This document shows, piece after piece, positions 52,172 to 60,548 of a stretch of DNA of 63,394 bases. The position numbers were made by a program, and so were the translations under genes. Below the pieces are notes generated by a model that saw only the letters and a list, made by a program, of their open reading frames with translations, had not been told where the DNA came from and ran no database searches. How positions within the stretch are numbered: position 1 is the first letter of the stretch; the number at the start of each line of letters is the position of its first letter. Source of the DNA: a virus (taxonomy: Duplodnaviria; Caudoviricetes); the IMG/VR virus record IMGVR_UViG_3300017771_000005, positions 1 through 63,394 of that record; one strand, written 5' to 3'.

Positions 52172-54088
52172 TTATGCTCTTACTATGGTTCCGTTTAAGT
52201 AACTTGAAGTAACGAGATATGAGAATCCAGAAACATCGCCTCCGGATTCAATGCTATCATTTACGGATTTAACTTCTGTCTTTGATGTATCTAGTTGAAG
52301 ATATAGATCCTGTTTTCCAATAACATCATTAGATGTTGGTGACACAGATATTTCAATTATGGGTAGTCCCGCTTTTACTTTTGCTGTGGATATAATATTT
52401 AATGATGATAATAAGATCTCCCCTTTTATATAATCAATGGTTCCGACTCCATTTCTAACAACTATTGGTTGTTGTTCTGAGTCTAATCTGAATAAAAATA
52501 GAGATCCTTTCTTACCATCACTATTGGGCAGATCACCAAGATAAACTCTCTGTATAATGCCAGACACATTAAATCCACTACTTTTTATATTATATCCTTC
52601 CTTTGGATTCTTAATATGGAATGCATTACCAAAACAAATCTCATAGTTTGCAAATGCATTTAGTGCAGGTCTTAAATCTCTTCTCATCTGAATAGATGTT
52701 ATATTCGATGTGATAGATCTATGACTATCATCAATAATCTTCAAAAATTTACTATACTTAAATCTTGCACCATACTTATTCAATTCTGTTGAATTTGCGT
52801 ACTCTGTAATAATATCTGATACAGTCGTTGTAACTGTATTAGCATCCTTTACAAGGTTGTCGTTATAGTATACTGTGGAGAATACTTCCAGATACAAATA
52901 CTTTAGATCGATAAATTCTGGAATAATTCCAGCAACACCATATTTTTTCAACTCCCTTTTCAAATTATTCTTGATTGGATCTGCAATAAAATTGGAGTTT
53001 GTTGGTTTTATAGTAATGAAAACTTTTCCAAACTGTGGAGGATCTAAATCCTCACCACCAAATGCTGAAACTGATTCCGATTCTGGATAAATTTGCTTTA
53101 CAATAGTCTCATAATCTGAAGTTGTTACTGCTCTATTTTGAGATGCATATACTCTAGGTGCATACTTCTTAATTGATTCTACAGATTCAATACCACTTCC
53201 ACCATAAGCAGACACAGATGTAATCACTGGAGAAACATACCTGTTCAGAGATGCTCCAGTATCACTTTCAAGTTGTCCAATGTAATTAAATCCAGTTACC
53301 CCATTTCCGTCTGCACCATTAGTTGTAATATATGAGATTTCAATAAAGTTTTGATCTTCTAGTTTTTGTCCAAATATACCATCACCGAAAATTATTTCAT
53401 ATCTTTCATCTTCAACTTCTTGAATAAAATAAACTCTTGGGAATGAATTAATATCGTTTAAATTACTTGATAATCTATATTCAAATACAGTATTACTTTG
53501 CTGTGTTGGTCTAACTCTTACTCTTATAGTTTTAGTGTCAATTCCAGAAGCACCCAAAATATATCTTCTATCTAGATTTGCGGAAGATACGGTAAAAGTC
53601 TCTTTAAGAAAAGATCCTTCGTATAAAATAACATCATCAAAAGATGCAATTCCATCTTCATCTACTGGAACTGTGATGTCTTCGGGGATAGAGAAGATAA
53701 AGTTATTTGATCCTGTTCCATTTGACGTACAAACTTCCCCTGCTTTTAGTTTTGCAGTTACAGGAAAATTTGATGTGAATGAGGAGGTATCAACTGTAAA
53801 TAGTACCTCAGATTTTGGTGCAGTTCTTGATACTGGAACATATCCAATATTCCTTGCCAGAGATACTACATTCTCTCTTAGAGTTGCGCTATCAATGAAA
53901 ACTTCATTGGTTACCATATTGGTATTATACGCAGTAATGTACGTATTATACGCTAAGGTATCAATGATCATAGAGAGATTTGATCCCTCAAAATCATAAT
54001 CAGTAAAATTTGAATTTGATCTGATATAATCCTTAATGGATTGTTTTATTTGATCAAAATCTAAACTTGTAAGATTGACTAAAACCAT
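52172..54088 (-). CDS. gp6: Baseplate wedge subunit
   Basis: LDFD.IK, FTDYDFEGS.LS...D.LAYNT, QNRAVT..DY. Confidence 0.95.
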   Translation of the reverse strand: MVLVNLTSLDFDQIKQSIKDYIRSNSNFTDYDFEGSNLSMIIDTLAYNTYITAYNTNMVTNEVFIDSATLRENVVSLARNIGYVPVSRTAPKSEVLFTVDTSSFTSNFPVTAKLKAGEVCTSNGTGSNNFIFSIPEDITVPVDEDGIASFDDVILYEGSFLKETFTVSSANLDRRYILGASGIDTKTIRVRVRPTQQSNTVFEYRLSSNLNDINSFPRVYFIQEVEDERYEIIFGDGIFGQKLEDQNFIEISYITTNGADGNGVTGFNYIGQLESDTGASLNRYVSPVITSVSAYGGSGIESVESIKKYAPRVYASQNRAVTTSDYETIVKQIYPESESVSAFGGEDLDPPQFGKVFITIKPTNSNFIADPIKNNLKRELKKYGVAGIIPEFIDLKYLYLEVFSTVYYNDNLVKDANTVTTTVSDIITEYANSTELNKYGARFKYSKFLKIIDDSHRSITSNITSIQMRRDLRPALNAFANYEICFGNAFHIKNPKEGYNIKSSGFNVSGIIQRVYLGDLPNSDGKKGSLFLFRLDSEQQPIVVRNGVGTIDYIKGEILLSSLNIISTAKVKAGLPIIEISVSPTSNDVIGKQDLYLQLDTSKTEVKSVNDSIESGGDVSGFSYLVTSSYLNGTIVRA

Positions 54089-54490
54089 TTATCTAGTTGG
54101 TTGTAATGCGAACTCTAATTGTTGCTGTGGTACATCAACACCGATAATATTGTATACAATTTCTACGTCAATTTCATTAGCATCATAATTTGGTGTCGCT
54201 TTTGTGCGAACCAATGATACTCTAGGTTCGTAGTTCTGAATAACTGTTGATATTTCCAGTTCTATATTTGATGCAGTAATAGGATCTAGATTATCAAATA
54301 GTAATGAAGACACTCTAGATCCAAGTAGAGCGTCAAATGGTCTCTCACCTCTCTTTGTAAACACCAAGTTTCTCACTGCACGAGAAATCGCAGTTTCATT
54401 GGATATACTAATCAAATCATAGTTAATAGGATTAACCTGAAAACTTAGACTGATGTCTTTAAACCCTTTGCTTACTCTTTGAAGAGGCAT
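54089..54490 (-). CDS. gp25: Baseplate wedge subunit
   Basis: FKDI.L.F, AI...V.NL..T..GERPF, YEPRV. Confidence 0.93.
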   Translation of the reverse strand: MPLQRVSKGFKDISLSFQVNPINYDLISISNETAISRAVRNLVFTKRGERPFDALLGSRVSSLLFDNLDPITASNIELEISTVIQNYEPRVSLVRTKATPNYDANEIDVEIVYNIIGVDVPQQQLEFALQPTR

Positions 54491-54529
54491 TAAAAAAATT
54501 TTATAATAATCCTAATGTTTATTTATGCA

Positions 54530-54724
54530 CTATTCTGGATAGTTTTCAAATAGTTCAGTATCGCATGTACAATCATCACATTTTTTTGGAGTGCGGTCAT
54601 CATTTGCTATTTCACGTAGCATTTTCCTTGGATCTTTACGATCAATGGCATTACCATAATCAGTAATTAATTCATCTGTTCCCCACATTTCGTACATGTG
54701 ATTTTTATCTCTATCTGATTGCAT
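54530..54724 (-). CDS. Small hypothetical protein before g25
   Basis: WGT..LITDY and MLREI..D...PKK motifs; late-promoter core TAAATA at about 54780-54785. Confidence 0.6.
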   Translation of the reverse strand: MQSDRDKNHMYEMWGTDELITDYGNAIDRKDPRKMLREIANDDRTPKKCDDCTCDTELFENYPE

Positions 54725-54782
54725 GAGTGTGCCGTGTATAGGACACGGAAACTTTTAATGGGGTTCCCAATCCCTTAAGTAT

Positions 54783-55997
54783 TTAACCCCTCTCTGGGAA
54801 GTAGTCCTCACGATCACCTTCTCTATCTAAGTCTAGAGTAATACAATGAATACCACCATCCCAGAAGTAACGATGTCTAAAATTAAAGATATGTGGTGTA
54901 ATTCCATATTCTTCTAGTTTCTTGACAACAACTGGATTCTCACTATTAATAATAGCGTTATGTCTATCAATCATTAATAGGTTGACATCAAATACAGTTT
55001 CTGCTGCATAGTTAACCCAATGAGACATCCAAGAATCAACATATTCTACAGTTGCCTTCTCATATGATGCACCCTCAATCCACCACCTTCCTCTAGTTTT
55101 TGATTTGAATTCTGCCCAGGGTCTCATTTTTCCCCAAGATTCATTTTCTAAATGAACTCTTTCCCAACCAGGAAATTCATCTTTGTATTTTTGATCTGGA
55201 TCAACACCTTCTCCCCAACATCCACCACCAACGGTCATGATTAAACCTGGACACAATGCAGTAAACACAGAATCGGTATGACCGGAGTAACTCGTAATAT
55301 GGCATCTATAGTCCGGAAATAATTTCTCTACATGTTCTTGATATACTATTTCCTGTAATTGTGGATGCACAAGACCAAAGTACAAATCCTTTCCTATACG
55401 AAGTGTGCAGGCAGAATTAATATTCATATCACGAACAACCTCATTCCCATGAGACTCAACATAATCTACAACTGGTTTTAAATTATATAAAACTTCTCTT
55501 CCAATAGGTATGACCCTATCGGGGTATTGTATATTGCAGGTGTATGTTTGAACTACTTTTGCTATCTCTGTATACTTTGCTCTGTCCGTCTTTTTCAATT
55601 CTCGTACAGCATCCCAATCTTCTGGGATATCTTTAATACCTTGATTTTTTAATATTGCTTTCCAATTAGTCATTTCATCACCAGGGGTGAAAAAACGATT
55701 TCCAATCATCGCAGAGTCATCTCTGGGACACATGGGAGGTTTTTCATATACATCACACCCAGAAACCTTAGGAATCTTTCCATCCTCAGTAAGTCTATAC
55801 TGAGTTCGTATAACATCAACATCAAACTTTTTTAGTATTCCTATGAGTTGTTGATAATCTTCCTCAGTTTCAATCGCAATCTTTTCTAGTAAGTTGCGAA
55901 CCTTTGGATTTTCAATATATTCATATAATTCTGGAGTATATGAACGTCCAACCACACATGATTTAAGTTTATCCCAGGGTTGATTAACCGATAACAT
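54783..55997 (-). CDS. Amidinotransferase-family (AGAT/StrB1-like, pentein fold) protein, paralogue 2
   Basis: WDKLKSCVVGR, CPRDD, RIGKDL, PDYRCHI, HTD, GGIHCITLDL; start moved from 56036 to 55997 behind SD GAGGTG. Confidence 0.88.
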   Translation of the reverse strand: MLSVNQPWDKLKSCVVGRSYTPELYEYIENPKVRNLLEKIAIETEEDYQQLIGILKKFDVDVIRTQYRLTEDGKIPKVSGCDVYEKPPMCPRDDSAMIGNRFFTPGDEMTNWKAILKNQGIKDIPEDWDAVRELKKTDRAKYTEIAKVVQTYTCNIQYPDRVIPIGREVLYNLKPVVDYVESHGNEVVRDMNINSACTLRIGKDLYFGLVHPQLQEIVYQEHVEKLFPDYRCHITSYSGHTDSVFTALCPGLIMTVGGGCWGEGVDPDQKYKDEFPGWERVHLENESWGKMRPWAEFKSKTRGRWWIEGASYEKATVEYVDSWMSHWVNYAAETVFDVNLLMIDRHNAIINSENPVVVKKLEEYGITPHIFNFRHRYFWDGGIHCITLDLDREGDREDYFPERG

Positions 55998-57207
55998 TGT
56001 CACCTCTTTCAGGAAAATAATCTTTTCTTTCGCCATCCCTATCTAGGTCACTGGTAATGCAATGGATACCACCATCCCAAAAATACCTATGACGAAAATT
56101 AATTACATGTGGAGTAACACCTGCTGCTTCAAATGCTTGAAATGCTTTCTTATTGTAATTATTACAAATAATATTATGTTTGTCTATTACCAACATATTC
56201 ACATCAAAGACAGTTTCTTCAACATAATTTACCCAATGACTTAACCAAGTCTCAATATAATCAACTGTATCTGAATCATACGATTGACCATCAACCCACC
56301 ATCTTCCACCAGTGCGTTTTTTCCAGTCTAGTTGCTTTTGTATATTACTATCAAACCAACTTTGCCTTTCCAATCTTACGACTGCCCAACCAGGGAAGGT
56401 GTTATTATATGGATCCGTAGTTTTATAATGTTCTGTACATATTAATAATCCAGGTTTCACTGGACATAAATGTGCATCACCATGTCCATACACATCTCCC
56501 AAAATGTGAACTCGATAATCAGAAAATTCTTCTCTTAAGTTATTGATTATTTTTTTATTACCAGATTCAAATTCTATGGGAAGACTAGTATATAAATCTT
56601 TTCCTGCACGAATCATATTAGCACCATTTGCACAGGCAAATCCATGAATCATGGTATTCCCCTGTGAACTCACATAGTTTTGAATATCTTTGTATATCTT
56701 ATAACGTTCTTCGTGATTGGGTCTAGTATAATCTTCAAATAATGTCTGTGGATCTCCAGTGTAACTTTTAAGTAATGATATTATATACTTTTTGAGTTCT
56801 GGTGATAATTTCTTTACATCAGACCATTTCTCTGGTATTTCATTATCTGTAAGAGAACTATTGGTTTTTATAAGTTCTCTCCAATGTATTTTACCTGGTG
56901 AATAAAATCTACTATCCACCATTATAGTATCGTCTCTAGGACACATAGGAGGTTTTTCACGCATCCCATCTTCATAAACACGTATCTTACCCTCTTCAGT
57001 AAGATTTAAATTAGTTCTTATAACTTTAACATCAAACTCTTTTAATTTTGCAATTAACTTCTGATAGTCTTCTTCAGTCTCAATTGCAATCCTCTCCATC
57101 ATATTGCGGACCTTAGGATTCTCAATGAAATCATAAAGTTCGGGTGGATATGATCTACCAACCGCACATACTTTTAGTTTATCCCACGGTTGATGAGCAG
57201 ATAACAT
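55984..57207 (-). CDS. Amidinotransferase-family (AGAT/StrB1-like, pentein fold) protein, paralogue 1
   Basis: WDKLKVCAVGR, CPRDD, IRAGKDL, DYRVHI, HGD, GGIHCITSDL. Confidence 0.88.
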   Translation of the reverse strand: MLSAHQPWDKLKVCAVGRSYPPELYDFIENPKVRNMMERIAIETEEDYQKLIAKLKEFDVKVIRTNLNLTEEGKIRVYEDGMREKPPMCPRDDTIMVDSRFYSPGKIHWRELIKTNSSLTDNEIPEKWSDVKKLSPELKKYIISLLKSYTGDPQTLFEDYTRPNHEERYKIYKDIQNYVSSQGNTMIHGFACANGANMIRAGKDLYTSLPIEFESGNKKIINNLREEFSDYRVHILGDVYGHGDAHLCPVKPGLLICTEHYKTTDPYNNTFPGWAVVRLERQSWFDSNIQKQLDWKKRTGGRWWVDGQSYDSDTVDYIETWLSHWVNYVEETVFDVNMLVIDKHNIICNNYNKKAFQAFEAAGVTPHVINFRHRYFWDGGIHCITSDLDRDGERKDYFPERGDNVIG

Positions 57208-57643
57208 CCAGATCTTCTCCTAATATAGTCTCAAGGTAAGACTTATCCCAGTAATCATAATAATCAGTCTTTGATAACATCTCTCGAAAACGACGTAGTT
57301 TTGCTTTCGATTGACAAAGAATTAAATTATAACGACCATTACCAGTCTTAACGTCCTTTATATATGTACCAGCATCTCGATGATCGTCTAAGAAGATATA
57401 ACCCTCATGCTGGGCATTATAGAAGTCGCACCACTTCCTTAAATTAATCGGACTAAACGTATCCTCTACGATATACACAACGACATCATAATCTTCATGA
57501 ACATCGATCTCCTCGACGCCACATTCGATAATTTTATACTTCGAGTGCTTGGCATAGGGACATACCGGGAAACCCCCTAGAGAGGCATTCTCGCGGGTTA
57601 CAGACTCAATCCAGGACTCGATAACATCTTGCTTGCTCATCAA
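57179..57643 (-). CDS. Hypothetical protein with W...LGGFPVCPYA motif (DUF1415/DUF6875-like)
   Basis: 154-aa ORF overlapping the amidinotransferase start; family guess from the CP[FY]A motif only. Confidence 0.55.
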   Translation of the reverse strand: MMSKQDVIESWIESVTRENASLGGFPVCPYAKHSKYKIIECGVEEIDVHEDYDVVVYIVEDTFSPINLRKWCDFYNAQHEGYIFLDDHRDAGTYIKDVKTGNGRYNLILCQSKAKLRRFREMLSKTDYYDYWDKSYLETILGEDLDVICSSTVG

Positions 57644-57712
57644 CTTTTAACGCGGGGTGATATATTTTTTATTGGGCGGATTAATCATAAGATCCATAAG
57701 AGATCTTTACAT

Positions 57713-57739
57713 AAAAAAGCGCAGTACAGAGACTGCGCT
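57713..57739 (-). terminator. Intrinsic terminator
   Basis: AGCGCAGT-CTCTGT-ACTGCGCT followed by a T-run. Confidence 0.85.
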
Positions 57740-57753
57740 GTGAAACTCTTAGG

Positions 57754-57897
57754 TCATCGACCTTGACCACGATACTTCTTCTTCTTGTTATTCGCAGAGG
57801 TTGCGGAATATTTCGTGTGCTTCCCATAACCCTGTCGGGATCTTTTGGGTTTGGCTTCGACCATTGTTCCGCCAGTTAGAGATGTTCTCCGTGCCAT
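57754..57897 (-). CDS. Small very basic protein ending KKYRGQGR (47 aa)
   Basis: Missing from ORF track: MARRTSLTGGTMVEAKPKRSRQGYGKHTKYSATSANNKKKKYRGQGR; SD GGAG; followed by a terminator. Confidence 0.75.
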   Translation of the reverse strand: MARRTSLTGGTMVEAKPKRSRQGYGKHTKYSATSANNKKKKYRGQGR

Positions 57898-57926
57898 AAT
57901 AAAAAACTCCTGAAATAATTAAAAGA

Positions 57927-58763
57927 TCAAATAACTCGGGTCTTCTCATGACCCACTCTGATACGTGGATCACACCAAATATCAAAACCTTTTTCCTTTG
58001 CATCTAGACAGAATGAGACATCCTCACCACACATGTCTTGTACACTACCTGACTCAAAGACTTGCATCTTAGGAGCAAACCAAGGATATTCAAGATTCTC
58101 AAAGACTCCCTTCTTAATCAGAACCCAACCAAATCCTGTGTAATCTACAGTAAAGGGTTTCTTACGTTTTGAAATACTATCCCCAGTCTCATGATTCATG
58201 ACTCCACCATTCTTACGGAAGTCATCTTCTTCTAACCAATGTGCAACAGATGTAGTACGACCATCTTCAGTCATATACCATCCTCCAACTATTTCCTTGT
58301 GTAGAGTTTCATCAATGGTACGCTTAATTTCCTTAGTACCATCTTCTTTCTCTACTACTTCATCTTTTACAGATTCCTCAGGAATTGCAAGATCACATAG
58401 TTGCCAGAACTTCTCAGCGTTGAATACAATGTCACTATCAATCCATAGTTGATAATCATATTCTAGTTTACCATCCCAAGGTACCTGGTTAGGTCCTCTG
58501 AGAACATTTGCACCAAGACACTTACAACGTGCAAAGTTTACCATTGATGAATAGTCTTGACTGATCTGAATGGCCATACCATTCTGTACCATATCAAAAC
58601 ATAACTGTACAAATGCTTTGAGGAAAGTAAACGAACATCCTCTTCCAGGTAAACAGAAGACTACTGTCTTCCCTTTCATACGCTCCTTGATCTTCGCATA
58701 GTCCCATTCTGGTCCTTCTTTCTTCGGTGGGGTCTTTGCCTTCACCGTAAATCCTTTAGCCAT
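57927..58763 (-). CDS. Conserved cyanophage GT-A-fold (glycosyltransferase family 2-like) protein
   Basis: YQLWIDSDI (DxD), GFGWVLIKKGVFE, GEDVSFC, GHEK. Confidence 0.75.
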   Translation of the reverse strand: MAKGFTVKAKTPPKKEGPEWDYAKIKERMKGKTVVFCLPGRGCSFTFLKAFVQLCFDMVQNGMAIQISQDYSSMVNFARCKCLGANVLRGPNQVPWDGKLEYDYQLWIDSDIVFNAEKFWQLCDLAIPEESVKDEVVEKEDGTKEIKRTIDETLHKEIVGGWYMTEDGRTTSVAHWLEEDDFRKNGGVMNHETGDSISKRKKPFTVDYTGFGWVLIKKGVFENLEYPWFAPKMQVFESGSVQDMCGEDVSFCLDAKEKGFDIWCDPRIRVGHEKTRVI

Positions 58764-58786
58764 AAAATTTAATTAGTTTCAATGTA

Positions 58787-58815
58787 ATTTTACAAGGTTT
58801 CAACTGGTTTGTCAA
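58787..58815 (-). promoter_or_regulatory. sigma70-type promoter
   Basis: TTGACA-17-TAAAAT. Confidence 0.75.
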
Positions 58816-58817
58816 TA

Positions 58818-59012
58818 TTAATAAGATGCCTCTGCTGTCAGTAAGTCTGTATTTACTTTACATTCCTCATAAGACAGTAGACTCCCATCTAACTCAGTTA
58901 GATCTGCAAGATGTTTTGCGAACTCCCAAACTTTCTTAAACTCTGCTTTCGATAGACTTGGATAAACGCATTTTTCACCATAGTATACATGATACATTGT
59001 GCAGTAAGTCAT
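58818..59012 (-). CDS. Hypothetical protein
   Basis: 64-aa ORF with YHVY....CVY..LS...F...W and terminal ASY pattern. Confidence 0.6.
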   Translation of the reverse strand: MTYCTMYHVYYGEKCVYPSLSKAEFKKVWEFAKHLADLTELDGSLLSYEECKVNTDLLTAEASY

Positions 59013-59233
59013 AATCTCTTATTGACTGCAGTATATAGTATCGACCTCATAAGACCATAATTTTCTGGGAGAATTTTTTTCTCCTTCGAGGTTTCTGTGA
59101 CGCAATTTTACTGGCGGTTTTTTTCTCAGGCGCTTGGGGACCTTTGTAGGTTAGGAAAGCTGATTTTTCCTCAGGGACGCCCATCGAGAATCGCTAGGCG
59201 CTTCGCGCCGCTTGGGAAACCGGCACATACACT

Positions 59234-59281
59234 GTGCCAGCGCCCGAACTGTCACAGGGGACGGACTGTGATCTGTCCCCT
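59234..59281. promoter_or_regulatory. Palindrome plus GC hairpin at the end of the early cluster
   Basis: GTGCCA-N10-TGTCAC (59234-59255) followed by AGGGGACGGA-CTGTGA-TCTGTCCCCT; no clear -10. Confidence 0.55.
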
Positions 59282-59295
59282 ATAAGCATTGCTGA

Positions 59296-59532
59296 TCAGT
59301 ATCCGATCCCTTTTGGATTGAACTTATCAGGAAATGCCTGATAGAGTCGGAACCGGTTGTTGAGGTCTGCTTTGTTCAATGCAGCGAATAAACTCTGATT
59401 GAATCCACCCTCGTTTCCTTCTGCCATGGAGTTCAGATGCTTCCAGATGACTGGATCACCTTCGCGAACGCGAAAGTCCCAATACTCATAAGAAGGAAAT
59501 TCGGTGTGCTGAGTCAGTGAGCGTGTTGTCAT
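59296..59532 (-). CDS. Early-region hypothetical protein
   Basis: 78-aa ORF with own promoter and AAGGGACACCCCC-ATG leader. Confidence 0.65.
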   Translation of the reverse strand: MTTRSLTQHTEFPSYEYWDFRVREGDPVIWKHLNSMAEGNEGGFNQSLFAALNKADLNNRFRLYQAFPDKFNPKGIGY

Positions 59533-59557
59533 GGGGGTGTCCCTTGAACTTGAATAA

Positions 59558-59600
59558 AGTCTACCATAAGAAAGGGAGGTTTCCCTCCCATAATCTTAAG
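59558..59600 (-). promoter_or_regulatory. CTTAAG-hairpin-(-10) promoter module
   Basis: CTTAAG, GGGAGG-GAAA-CCTCCC, TAGACT 31 nt downstream. Confidence 0.55.
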
Positions 59601-59604
59601 GAAT

Positions 59605-59865
59605 TTAGTAGGTCTGGCAGACCCACTTATAGGTCATCCCTGACTTCCATTCCTCAGGAGTGATGCAAACCCCATAAGAATGATGGGACCAGAACCGATC
59701 TGAGAGGCATTGTGTCCACTGCTGTGGGGTGAATGTCTCCTGATACTCTTGAGGGACTTCAGGCATTCCGACTAATTGGTCAGAAGCGCGAAACCTTTCA
59801 GCGTCAAGATCAGCAGATGAGAGGTCAGGGGAACAAGGAAGATGTTCTGTTGCTGGAAGTGTCAT
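59605..59865 (-). CDS. Early-region hypothetical protein
   Basis: 86-aa ORF with the same AAGGGACACCCCC-ATG leader. Confidence 0.65.
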   Translation of the reverse strand: MTLPATEHLPCSPDLSSADLDAERFRASDQLVGMPEVPQEYQETFTPQQWTQCLSDRFWSHHSYGVCITPEEWKSGMTYKWVCQTY

Positions 59866-59892
59866 GGGGGTGTCCCTTTGATTGACTCTTTT

Positions 59893-59936
59893 ATTCTACA
59901 GGATGGTGGGGTCTTATGGTGACCCCAAACCTTAAG
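59893..59936 (-). promoter_or_regulatory. CTTAAG-hairpin-(-10) promoter module
   Basis: CTTAAG, GGGGTC-N7-GACCCC, TAGAAT 32 nt downstream. Confidence 0.55.
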
Positions 59937-59940
59937 ACAT

Positions 59941-60351
59941 TCAATAGAAGTTAGTGACAATTTCCTCTCCGGTCATAATCGACGTTGGGGATCCATTAAT
60001 CCATTCCATAGGTTCAAAAGATCCACAGACAGACCAATTCTCCCACTCTATGAAATGTTCTAATGCGAATTGTGCAAACTTCATTGCACCTAAGTTACTA
60101 AAGAAGTCCCCCATAAAGTAATGAAGTACCCCATGATCACCCTGAGAGTTGAATTGTTCAACCGTACAGAATAATGCGCCTAGAGTTAGGATCGTATCAG
60201 ATACCTGAAAAGATATCTTAAAAGTAGTTTCACCTACTGCATGAATCGTTATTGTTTGAGAATAAACTCCTCCCAATTCTGGTGGTTTATTCCATGGTGT
60301 GGAATGATTCCACTCTAGAAGGTAGCGATTAGTCTTAGATGATGTTGTCAT
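59941..60351 (-). CDS. Early-region hypothetical protein
   Basis: Likely start MTTSSK at 60351 overlapping the upstream stop (TAATG). Confidence 0.6.
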   Translation of the reverse strand: MTTSSKTNRYLLEWNHSTPWNKPPELGGVYSQTITIHAVGETTFKISFQVSDTILTLGALFCTVEQFNSQGDHGVLHYFMGDFFSNLGAMKFAQFALEHFIEWENWSVCGSFEPMEWINGSPTSIMTGEEIVTNFY

Positions 60352-60548
60352 TAGTTTACTTTGATGAATGTTTTGTGGACACAAATAGTGGTATCACCCA
60401 TAAAGTGATCACCAGTCACTGCAACTTGGTAAGTTGGATTCTCAAGGCAACGTAACTTTGCTTCCTTATTATAAAGAAAGTGTACGGGAACAAAAGCAAG
60501 GGAGGTTAACAATACTCCCGCAAGGAATGGAAAGTTAAAGTTCTTCAT
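60351..60548 (-). CDS. Small hypothetical membrane protein
   Basis: N-terminal hydrophobic helix FPFLAGVLLTSLAFVPVHFLY; ATGA coupling to the upstream gene. Confidence 0.6.
   Translation of the reverse strand: MKNFNFPFLAGVLLTSLAFVPVHFLYNKEAKLRCLENPTYQVAVTGDHFMGDTTICVHKTFIKVN

Noticed and set aside
55998-56036. Longer start for amidinotransferase paralogue 2, or a frameshift fusion of the two paralogues
   Set aside because: The paralogue begins MLS..QPWD and an SD precedes 55997; each gene has a complete N- and C-terminus
54783-57207. Amidinotransferases as ArcS/Gat-QueC archaeosine (dG+) DNA-modification enzymes
   Set aside because: Motifs are pentein/AGAT-type, not ArcS or QueF-like, and no dpdA/folE/queCDE genes are in the window; a link elsewhere in the genome cannot be excluded
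57788-58003. 71-aa minus-strand ORF
   Set aside because: Overlaps both the GT-A gene and the better supported 47-aa basic ORF out of frame
729-58452. Numerous plus-strand ORFs in the track (e.g. 13216-13602, 24841-25272, 53535-53999)
   Set aside because: Antisense shadows of well-supported minus-strand genes; low-complexity translations with no motifs
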